The position numbers and the translations under genes were made by a program. The notes under the pieces are model-generated. The model saw nothing but the letters and a program-made list of their open reading frames with translations, did no database searches and was not told the origin of the DNA. A stretch of DNA of 62,890 bases, filler included. It is 3 parts of 3 records of this genome, joined end to end, with 100 filler letters (N's around TTAATTAATTAA, not from the genome) between each part and the next. Parts side by side here need not be neighbours in the genome. Positions count along the whole stretch, not along the records: positions 36,866 to 62,890 come from DRR378314_1088; 2 more parts are not named here. One strand, 5' to 3'. Numbering within the stretch: the first letter of the stretch is position 1; each line of letters starts with the position of its first letter. Positions 52,635 to 62,890 of this stretch are shown here, in pieces.

Positions 52635-55581
52635 ATGGAGTTCCCAGAGACTGCGGGCAACGGCGGTGGCGACGCCGCCGTGTGGCTGCGTCAGTCGAGC
52701 GGCAGCAGCAGTCGCGACGACATCTTCTTTGCCACTCCAGGCTTCCAGTCCCTGGACCTCAACAACACCACATCCTCTCCCGCCGGTAACAGCGACGGGC
52801 GCGAGACAGCAGAGTCGATGCAATACGGCAGTGACGAGCAAGAAGTCTCCGGTGTCGATCTGATGGGCGATGAGCGGTACGTCTCGGCGTGAATGCTTCG
52901 GGGGTCGTAGGGGCTTCGCGCGCGCTGGTCGGCTCCAGCTTATGCACCTTGACCGCCACGCAGCTCCACGAGCGGCGCGAAACGCCAAGACATTTTATTC
53001 CGCTGCCCAGCGTGGAAAATTTATACGATATGATTATTCATGCCGTTTCGGATGGTTTTCACTGCTTCCTTATGCGCTCGTCACGCATGTCACTCGGTGC
53101 AGGGCGCGGAAGCGCTCGACGGTGCAAGTCGAGAGCCACGTTCAGTCCGAGCGAAAGCGGCGGTCCGAGATGAAGGAGCTGATGCAGCAGCTCAAAACCC
53201 TTGTGCCGGAGAACCTCATTCAGAAGAAGGACCAGGTACGTAGAGTTTCACGGGTGGTAGCTGTGCGTGCTTTTGGTTCTACTTTTTCCGCAGTACTGCG
53301 GTATCCGCGTTGCAGTGTTCGCTTTCGTTCTCCGCGGGTCGTGGTGCATCTTCGCACACGCGCGCCCGACCGGGACGCCTCGCCGCCACACACTCCGCCC
53401 GTGCCGCCGCGCCCAGAAAGCGCACTGTTATGCCGCCATGCAACACTGATCACCTCGTTTCCAGATAGCTTTAATGAGCGTGCCTTGTGGCACCTCTGCC
53501 ACAACGCGCGGTGCCAGGTGTCTGCCCAGAGGGTTAGTGCTACTTTCGAGGTTTGGTCTTGCGCGCTCTCACCACAGTTCCCACGCGTTGCGCCTCTCTA
53601 CGTCTCTCTCTGCCTCTTCGTTTCTTTCCGCCTGCCTTCTCTCGCGCGCGTTTCCCCGTTCGCGCCTCGTGTAGGTGTCTATTCTCCGTGGCGCGGTAAC
53701 CTATCTCGAGTCTCTACAGCACGTGGTGCGGGGTGCGCAGCAGTGGCCCAACCCCAAAGAAGCCGTGACCGCCATCACCAAAACCGCAGAAGAAGGTGTC
53801 CCGCCGGCAACGCTGCGCGCCAAGTGCGTTTTTGTGACTGCACAGCACGCCAGGCCGTGCGCTGGCCATTGCTTGAACAAGCCGGGACAACGCGCTGTTT
53901 AATATGCAGAACACTGCTTGCGTGTGTGAAGGTCGTTTCTGCCTGGTACCCTCGAAGCGGCGTCTCTCGGGGGACTCCATTCTCTTCGTTGCCTCGGCGC
54001 AGCTTGTCGCCGCAGGGCCACGGAGTCTGTGCCAAGAATCCTTTCCTCTTTCCTTTTCTGTTCCGACGTACTTGTGCCTGATTCGTGTAATTGAAAGTGA
54101 GCGATTCTGCTTTCGTGCTGACCGACTCTTCTGGGTTTTCGTTCGCGTACTTCGTGCAGCCCGAACGCGCTTTGTAATCCAGTGTTTCTTCCGAACTACC
54201 GCGAGCTGTTTATGAAGACGATGCTCCCGATGGTCGTATCTTCGCTCGACGGTCGCATTGTAGACGCAAATCCCGCATTTCTCGAGCTCTTTGGGTTCGA
54301 CGAGACGGACGTTGTGAGCTCGACCATGGGGCAGCTTACGCACCCGGATGACCTCCCTCAGGTGAGGCAAAGGCCGAGCTCTGCGGAAATTCGTGCCCCC
54401 CCCAGAAGGAGAAGCATTGGATCGGTGCTTTTGTGTATTCCTACACTTGCCTCCATTCCCCCCCCCGCGATGCTGGAAGTCTTGTTGCTCACGTGGTATC
54501 GAGCGCCTGAAGCATGCGCAAAAGGCCTGTAGACAAGAATAGAGAGGACCACGGTGGTATTGCTTTTGGTCCTCGTTGCTGCGACCCTAACCATGCACTT
54601 CCTTTCCCCTCCTCTGTGCTGTGTCTCTGATCGCTCGTTTCTTGTGCACTGTTGTACAGATGTACCGTGTGATGAATTCGCTGTTGGAGAGCCAGCGTGG
54701 TGGCAACGCGGAAGATGGCGCTCGGTGTCCCGCGGGAATGGGTCAGACAGCGTCTGACCACTCATCGTCTTCATCATCGGGCGACGCGTCCTCGTGTGGC
54801 GACTGCCAGTTCACCGAAGGGCTTCCGCCGAATACCCAATGTGTTGTAAAACGGTACGTTGGCCTCGGGGCCGGTGCGTGTCGCGGTAGTGCGGTCTCTA
54901 TGCCGGGCGAGATGTGCGACCTCTGTTCGCCTTGTGCGTTTGCGCGCTCGGAATGCACCGCGGCGTCGCGAGGTCGCTGCGTCTGTGCAGCGCTCTGTAG
55001 CTTCGCATGCTGCGGGTAGAGGAGTGTTGCGCGCGTCGCGAGGTAGTTGTGACTGTGCGAATTTATTCAGCCTCGTATGCTACAGGTAGCGCGATGTTGC
55101 GCGCGTCGCGAGGTCGCTGCGGCCCGGCGGTGCCGCGCCTGGGCGCCTGTAGCTGCGGCGGGCGCTCTTCCAGCGGTCGCCACTGCGCTTCCCGGTCATT
55201 GCGGAACACGTGCGTCGCAGACCATCACGACAGTCTCACAAGCGATACGTGTTTCCTGCCAAGGAGTCCAGGATGGTAGCGATGCTCTTGGTGTCGTTTG
55301 CGGGCGCTCGCACCATCCTCTGGTATATCGTCCTCGTCGTGTGTGCGCGCGCAGGACATCCAGGCGGTACGCTGCATACGATTCATTAATGCACTTCCAC
55401 TTATCAATGTTATGGTTTTCCGCCTTTTTTCCGCTCCATGCTGTAATCGTGCAGGTGCTTCCGAAAGGATGGGGAAGTGCTGAAAATCAAGGTGCAGATG
55501 TCGACGATTGCGACTGAAAATCGCGTTACCCATGTATTCTGTTGTGTGACTTCCGCGATGAAATGCGGAAAGAAGAGCTAG
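52635..55581 (+). CDS. bHLH-PAS transcription factor, 6 exons, 331 aa
   Basis: Exons 52635-52876, 53103-53235, 53675-53795, 54183-54361, 54660-54853 and 55455-55581 join in frame. bHLH: HVQSERKRRSEMKELMQQLKTLVP...KKDQVSILRGAVTYLESL. PAS: YRELF...PMVVSSLDGRIVDANPAFLELFGF...LTHPDD. PAC: RCFRKDGEVLKIKVQMS. Confidence 0.88.
54963..55122. repeat. Three imperfect copies of a GCGTCGCGAGGT(C/A)G motif about 70 bp apart inside bHLH-PAS intron 5
   Basis: Copies start near 54963, 55033 and 55103; two share TGTTGCGCGCGTCGCGAGGT. Confidence 0.5.
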
Positions 55582-56102
55582 GCAGTATACAGTTCTATTG
55601 TGTTGCAGAGAAAAGGCTTGTATGTTAGCTGTTCCGTTTCTCTGCAATGTAATTGATCTACCATACCGAGTATTCTAGTGCAGCGCAACGCATATTGAGG
55701 ACGTTGACTCCGTGCGAGTATGGTTCGGTTGGCCAAGAGAGGAGAGGGCGGAGGACTGAGAAAGGGGAAGTGGCGAAGCGCAGTGCTCCAGGATCGATTC
55801 CTGCGCAGCGACGATGCGGCGTGAATTTCTTTCATACATTTTTTTTTGGTGGTTGCCGGCGCAGCTGGCACGCAAGTTTTCAAACGTTCTCGTCACACAC
55901 AGGGTATCGCACCTGTGATTTTCGCTGTCCTCCGCGCTGTTCCCCTGCAAGAGCTCGTTCCGCACGCTCTCTGCGCTCTCTGTGGCAGCGGATACGCTGC
56001 CTCCGTATCAGCGCCGTTGTGCGCATCTCCCTGTCCACTTTCTGCACGCAATTGTCCGCATTTCTGTCCCTCTTTTGCATTTTCACACCGCCGCTTCACG
56101 CA

Positions 56103-59100
56103 CTAGGAATCGCGCGACACTGCATCGCTCTCTTGCTGGGGCCGCTGCGATGCACTTTCCCATAGCGCGTCGGTCAAGCTTTCTTGCATCGCGCGGGCCT
56201 GATAGAGCGCCATCGTCTTCTTCTCGAGCATATTCCGCAGTTGACGGACCAGCTTGAAGGTTTTCGCGTTGGCCGGACCGCCGATATCACGCTCCAAACG
56301 CGCAAGGAGTGACGTAGCATCGCTGCGGAAAGGAAGAAACAGATTGCATACGCATGGATGGATGAAAAGGAAAGAAACGCCTGCATTTTCGCGCCCGAAC
56401 ACGCTCAGAGTCAGCGCGTGGTGCGGAAGGGCGTGTGCACGTACGCGCTCTGCGTGCAGCTCCGCCGTGCGACGGTCCGCCAGCGCGTGCGCACGCACTC
56501 TTGCCCGCGTACCGATCAAGAGCCGCAATATCCTTAACGCGAATATTGTTACAGTACTTGGCTAGCATTTGAACATGAGCGCACTCCTTCCGCGCGAGAC
56601 TTGCTTCCGCTTTCGCCGCGTCGAGCTCTTTCCGCAGCGCCTGCGCTTTCCCGCGTGCAGCGGTGCCTTTGCGTCTGCGCCGCGCGCGCGCCGAAAGAGC
56701 GAGAGAAAGAGAGCGATAGGAAGAAACCCCATCACGCATCTTTCAGGCGCACTGTAGAACATCATACACAGTACTGATATTTCGTTTGGACAAATTCTTG
56801 AGGAAGAGGACGGGGAATGCGCGCGCATATCGTCTCGTGCACACCGAGGCGCGCAGGGACTCGGTGTAGCTGTCCTTTTCGCCGCGCCGTGTTCTCCTAC
56901 CCCCCAGTGATCAAACTACGAAGCACACCGTATCTGAATCCATGCCCACAACATGCAGCACTCGAAGATAAGATTCTTGTGCCTGCATAGGTGAAACGTG
57001 TATACCTCTTGGGAGCATCAACTGCGCCGAGCGCGTTACCTTTATGCACCGGGTTGCGCGAGCGCTGCGCTTGCTCGTGTCGCTTTTCCTCCGTGAACGC
57101 TGCCTCTTCCCCAACGCCGGACAGCGACAAGCTCACCACGCGCACAAGTTACCTGCCATGGCATGGAGCTTACTATGCAAAGTTCTTACTGTGAATTGTA
57201 GTATGGAATACAAATTGATCACTGGCGTACCTTTCCTCCGCCAATCGTTCTCCCACTCCCTCGAGCTCGAGGAGACGCGCACGCAGGTCCGCGATCTCCT
57301 CGTCGCGATCCACGAGCGCGCGTGCGTACTCATCGCATCGCATCTGCTCTTCCTCAAGTGCCCTCTCTGTGAGCACCAAGCGACGCTTATCTTGAAGAAG
57401 AGCATTGCATTGCGTACGGAGGTTCGCGATCTGATCCTGCATGGTCTTGAAGTCGTCGTAGTGGGTGTCGCGGCGGCTCAGGAAGCGCCGGAGCTTCCGC
57501 CGGCCGACCTCGGCCCCGGACCGGCTCGGCGACGCCAGCGAGCGCAGCTCCTCCAGCTCACTATGGCGCATTGCACGGTGCTTGGCAAGCTCGGTGTGTA
57601 GTGAAGAGGCCTCAGCAGCCGCTTGCTCGAGCTCTCGCTCATAAAACGCAAAAATATCGGCAAACGAGCTGTCCGCTTGTAAGCGCCGTATATGGCTCCG
57701 GAGTTCGACGTTGCGTTGCTTTAGGCTCTGCACCTCCACCTGCGAAGCCGTCGCGCAGCAGACAGATTCTCTGTCAAAGGAGCTTTGTTTTGACTCGAGT
57801 CTTCTGAAGAACGAGAGACTGGTTGTGCGAGACTAACTTTGCATACACTTGGCAAGAGAACAGGATCGGGCGCTCTTTGTTGTAGCAAAGAATTCGCGTT
57901 GTGGAAATATATCCTGTGTGCAGTTGTAGTCGCACTGCACGTGGCACGTTTCAGTGGATACTACACTCCATCCCTTCTGATGGGCTTCGAGTAGCGCATT
58001 CGGAGAAGGGCCCCGATGTTCTTTGGCACAAGCATCACATCTTGTTCCTTTCTTCTTGCTGCAGTGAGCACTATGGTATGCGCTCCTGGGCAGCAAGAGG
58101 AAAAGCGCACCCATGCACCATATCGTAAGCGGTCTATGGAGCATCGTGCGCAGCGAGGCAATGGTGTGCGCGTCAGTTCTTTTCCTTACCTGAGCCTCTG
58201 CAAGCTTTTCTGCAACTTCCATACTGATATCCATTTTGGCGCCTACGGTACGCTTTGGTGTGCTAAACCTGGTTGCATCGGAGGTGAGGACGTCACCCTT
58301 GGACGATTGCGGAAGCACTATCTCGGTGTCTACGCATCCTAAGCGGCGGAGAAAGAACGATCCTATGCCACAGGAACTCTTTTCTGCCCCATTAGAAGAA
58401 GACGATGTAGTCGGAGCCGTGTACATAGGCGAGGAGGTATTCGGAGCTCCATTTGCAAAGTTCTTGGTGAGCGTTGCAGAGGAATTGTCGGCAGGCTGGT
58501 TTGTACGGCTTGCCGCGACGGCGCGGAGCGGAGACGACTCGCCGTGCGAGGCGGCAGAGCTCTGATGAGGTGACGAGGAGAATGCACGTCCATGCTGCTT
58601 CTCGACAGCTTTCTCTCCAGTGATAGGTAAAATCTGCACGTCAGTAAGTATAATGCGTTGGTATTGAAGAGTAAAGGAGGTCTTTGCTTTAGGGCTGCGG
58701 AATCTGTTCGTACCATTCTTTGAGCGAGCGGCACCAGCGACTCTGTCGAGCGGAAAGAGCGGCAGCATGTACTGTTCGCCAGCAAACGTTCATGAATCAA
58801 AGCGATAAATTTATCGTTTTTTCTCGTAGCTGAAAAATGAGAACAAGTAGATACTGAAAAATGCGTTCCAAGGTTCTCGCTGTGGAGAAAGATGCGATGA
58901 AGCACTTCTGCACAAGTGGAAAGAAGTACTTCTATTCTTGCATCCGAGTGAGAAACCAAGGCCGACTCGGACGACAGAACACCTTGTGTGCGCTCAAAAC
59001 CCCCAGTAACACTACGTACATTATTAAGTTGTACAGTATGTTTTTCATGGTGTGGAAGGACAGCTGATGAATTGGCGGCGTGCAGAGATTCTGCAGAAGA

Positions 59101-61761
59101 AAAAACGATATCGTGGTCCTGGACGTCTGTGTTCGCCTCGCACAGCACGTGAATCTGCACACGGGAAACGCGAAAACGTTGGCACAGCTTTGCTCATCAG
59201 GAGTGAAGAAATTCCATAAATTATATCTCGTGCGTCTATCGTCTGTAATTTCACTCCAACTTGTCGAGTCATTCCGTGTAAGCGTAACGGCTTTTTGCGC
59301 TCCAGGTAGTGACTTTCGCTGCATCTGGCGCTCTAGCCTCGCGCGTGCCAGAACGCACGCACACAGGACGAGTTCCGCGCGCGTGTTTGCTACTCTACCG
59401 CGGACCCATAGGAGGGTTTCAATTCGCAGCGGCATATGGCTGGTACTGCATCGGCACGCTGACAATGCAGTACCACGATCGATTACGTTGACATCTACCA
59501 TGAAGTAGAGCTCCTTGTTCACACGCGCAAGAAGTGCATATTTCTCTTTGCTGCGGGGCGGAGGTGCTTGTGTGCGCTCGCTATCGGCACGTACGTCGCG
59601 GTAGACCGCTGCCGTTTGCAGCGTATGGATCGTGTCGGCATGTTGCGCTGGATGTGGCGACACGAATGGAGTGACCAGTGTGTGTGCATTTTCGAGAAGA
59701 AGGGGAGCTACCACACTGGAAAGTAGGGTGTCGCGCGTTCCGAGTGATTTGTTGAAGAAAGTGCTGTTGTGACGTCCTGCCGAGCCGCCGCGCTGATTTG
59801 TACCGCTTTGGCGTGCGCGCTCCGCGGACGAGCTGCCGGCCAGGCGACGCTCTCGATCGCGCTCAGCGGCTCGGAGCAGCGATCGGTTCAATGCGAGAAG
59901 TTGCTTTCGTAGCTCCACTTCTTCATTATAGCTTGGAACTTCCTTCTCCAGATTTTGAGCGGCTGCTTTTTGAAACGGCAAACTCGCTGGCGAGCGGGTG
60001 CGATACGGGCTACATAACACAGGAGTGCGATACCATGCAACGCGTCGCGCTACAACATCAGAACCAGCTTGGTTGCACTTTTGCAGGCTGACGATGCCTC
60101 GCGCATTTCTGCTTTCTTTAATACAAAGAATACACACTTATTTTTCCGCGTTTTTTTTTCGCAAGAGCGAAGGTTAAATCGATATTGCTCAAGTGCAAAC
60201 CTTGCGCAGAATAAGCAGAGGCGAGGTTCGCCGTCACATACTGACGCTTTGCCGCACATGACGCGTTGTGCGCCGGGCCGGAAACTGCAAATCGCTTGTT
60301 GCTGAAGAACGTGACGTACGTCCGCATTCGCACCTCTTACTTTGAGCAAGTCTTCGTTGATGGAGGGTGTGTGATCCCGCGAGGTCGATGACGTGCAGCG
60401 CAGCGGCTCGTCGCATCGTCCGGTTGTGTACCATTAGGCGAGCTACGATGTGTCCCCGGTTCGACTGCATGGCAGCTATTCCTGCGCGAGGTACAGAGCG
60501 TTCCCCCACCGCACACCGCACAAACATGTGATTTCACTGTCTCTACCATAGGTGTTTGAAGTAAAGCATGCGCAAGTAGAGTAAAAAGGTGTTGTATCTC
60601 ACAAATGAAAGGTGGTTACCTCACGGAAAGCGTAGAACTTGTGGCCTCCGCCGTTTACGCGTAGCAATGCATAGGCCTGCCCGAGGGAACGGAGCGCAAG
60701 ACTCACGGAGCCTTTCAGCACAGTACGCATAAGTGGCCGGCCGCGTCAAGTTCGTACCGTTTGTATGACAAATAGCAGAACTCCTGGTCAGCGCTCTCCA
60801 GAGAATTTCATGAGCCTCGTGTATGCTGTTGATTTCCACACACGTTCCGACGGTCTGCGAGGCATTTGCTGCAGCGTCATCCGCGAGCAGGTCCTGCACT
60901 GTCGTCGTGGTTATCTCGTACATTCCGAGGCCGATTCTCAGATCTTCTTGTTCGTGTTCAGAGTGATGAAAGAGAGAAGATACTATACTGTCGAACAAAT
61001 TTTTGTCCGAAGAAGTTGTGTGCGGGTTTTGGTCTTCGTAGTGAAGCGCGCGCGCAGCACCAAAGAACGCCTTGGTTTTGCCGAGTCCTGGGCCGGACAA
61101 ACGGGGCGAGGCGGGTTGCGAACAGTGTGCCGCGTGAGCAAAGGATACGCTTGTGCTCCCACTAAGAGTTACTATTCCTTCTCATTATCATGAGTAAATA
61201 TCACACGTGATAAAAGGGAATTTTATCTCTTCTACTCACGAAAGTCGTCTTTACAGTCCGAATCGAGTGGTGCAAGCGTCAGCACTTGCACGCAGCCACA
61301 GCGCCGGTGTCGATTGTGGAAAGGAGCGCACAGAAGTCACTGCGGCGCCGCTCGCTGTGGAGCACAGTGTCCCTCGTGGGTACTTCTTGTCCAATCACAC
61401 CTCTCGTTCCTGATCCAAGCACGTTGACATTGAATCCAGTGCACAATTTTGAGGTCGCGATCGAGGCAATTTGGTGACACCATTGCGAAATTCCGTCGCT
61501 TACGCTGTCGACTTGGTACGCTGTCGCCGAGCCTCGCGCGGTCGGATGCCGCACGATAACCCGCAGCCCATGGGGACCGGTCTTGGAGTTTTCCGCATGC
61601 AATATATTGTAGTTGTGAGACGCCAAGTGTACCCCGGTATCATTTGAATCTGAATTGTGGACAGCTACATGGACCTCGAAAGGCTGAATATTGACAGTGC
61701 TTGGACCTCCAAGATCGCGCAACTCTAGCACCAACGCGTCAACGTCAACTTGCTCGTTCAT
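56103..61761 (-). CDS. Divergent kinesin-motor-domain protein with a C-terminal coiled coil, multi-exon (middle exons unresolved)
   Basis: Spliced P-loop GFNVNVLGSGTRGLGKT, MYEI...VQDLL, switch I-like SNRGH, switch II-like IDLAGSH, RDTLLSSVVAPLL and FVSP...DTIHTL. Coiled-coil exons at about 57232-57739 and 56103-56674. Confidence 0.75.
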
Positions 61762-62517
61762 TCCGGCGCGCGCTCACAATGCAGCACGAACTACGCAAAG
61801 AACGCAGCACAGCGCCGCTGAGGTGTATCGAACTCTTTGATCTCTCTCAGAGGATTTATAAAGCGGTGATAATTATCCCTCCAATGTCGAACGGGTTGGC
61901 GTGGCGGTCTGCGGAAGCGGCGTCAGGTCTGTTTCCCGCGCCCTGTAGCAGCGAGCGCGAAGTCGCCGCCAGCGCCGGAATAGCCGGAGAGCGCCGCGGT
62001 CAGCGCGAAAGGGCGATGGCGGTCAGCGGCGAAAGGCAAGGGTCAGGCTACGCGGCGCAGCGGTGCGGAAGGGACCGGTTCAAGGGGAAGCTCTCGCACT
62101 CGTGCGCTGAAAGGGCACAGCCGGTGCACTTGATGAAAGCTAGGTCAGCAGGATCGAGAGAGCGCGCGCACGGTCCACAATCGGCGAGCGATGTCAGAGC
62201 GGCGCAAAGCGGACGCGCATGAGACATGGCGGTTTTGCTCCTCCGCTCCATAGTGCGAACCATCATGGCTGTTTGTGAGCGAAAATCTGATTCTGGGTGA
62301 CCTTTTGCCTGGGGAATATACCAATCGGGGGTGTGGGGGCGTTGCAGAGCTACCGCACGTCGTGCTGGAAGACCTCGATGGCTCTTGTATGGATACAAGG
62401 CCCGAAAATTTTATTCTGAATATGGAAATGTACCGGAAGGAACCGGAGCTTTGTTGCTCTAGGCGGGTAGCACCATGTCGCTCGTCGAGGCGGCAGCAGT
62501 GGCGCAGAATTGTCGAA

Positions 62518-62890
62518 TTAGTGCAGAGCAGCTAGGATAGGATTGAAGTCCGCGATGCACCCGAAATTCCAGGTGTACGAATTGTCCCCAAACTTGATCT
62601 TTTCTTCGTAAGTCGTAAATGAGACCTCTTGGAGGAGCTCATCGGAAAGCTTGGCGACAAGGCGACGAGGGACATCGGCAATGCCGTCGCGGGAAAGGTG
62701 AAGGAGAGCGAGAATGCGAGCTCTTATCGGAACGGAAACACCGTCGTTCTCGCGCAAGTCGATGTGCACAAGCGAGGTGTTCCTCTCCAGCGCGTCGGCC
62801 AAGAGACAGGCGCCTTTGTTGCTGATGCTATTCTTGTACAGATCAAGTGTGGTGAGAGAACAGTGCGGCGACTGCAGCGCCGAGGCGAGC
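62518..62890 (-). CDS. Leucine-rich repeat protein (ribonuclease-inhibitor/NLRC3-type LRR), 5'-truncated
   Basis: LASALQSPHCSLTTLDLYKNSISNKGACLLADALERNTSLVHIDLREN. Confidence 0.8.
   Translation of the reverse strand, partial: LASALQSPHCSLTTLDLYKNSISNKGACLLADALERNTSLVHIDLRENDGVSVPIRARILALLHLSRDGIADVPRRLVAKLSDELLQEVSFTTYEEKIKFGDNSYTWNFGCIADFNPILAALH

Noticed and set aside
36866..62890. Alternative genetic code or non-canonical introns explaining the many short ORFs
   Set aside because: The resolved gene models close with standard GT-AG introns in consistent phase and end at TAA or TAG, so no stop reassignment is needed.

Overview
The window is not one continuous locus. It is three unrelated contigs joined by 100-nt artificial spacers (N44-TTAATTAATTAA-N44 at 29342-29441 and 36766-36865). 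Contig 1 (1-29341) looks like a Roseobacter-group alphaproteobacterial chromosome. It carries the 3' part of tRNA-Leu(CAG), an orphan CHASE-PAS histidine kinase, a P-loop kinase, a PAS/pseudo-DHp protein, a phenylacetate operon (paaJ/pcaF-paaABCDE-paaZ-paaX), rnd-kdsD-lptCAB-hpf-ptsN without rpoN, a probable sulfated surface-glycan locus (cysQ-kdsB-GT2-galU-galE-GT4-GT2-GT14-NodH-like sulfotransferase, with a divergent KpsM-like permease), alkB and the 5' part of dnaK. Contig 2 (29442-36765) is probably gammaproteobacterial (Halomonas-like, a tentative call). It holds a PotABCD-type ABC transporter and the end of a nicotinate/pyridine catabolic cluster: NicB-like cytochrome c tail, small membrane protein, sodium:solute symporter and NicX/Hpo-type dioxygenase. 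Contig 3 (36866-62890) is an intron-rich unicellular eukaryote using the standard code and GT-AG introns, with frequent GTACG donors. Manual splicing gives TBC1D20-like RabGAP, an armadillo-repeat protein, an SLC36/AAAP amino-acid transporter, COX19, a bHLH-PAS transcription factor, a kinesin-like protein with degenerate switch motifs, and a partial LRR protein. The best leads are the protist bHLH-PAS factor, the roseobacter sulfated-glycan locus, the SSS transporter inside the nic cluster and the probable pseudokinesin. All calls come from motif recognition by eye; no searches were run.
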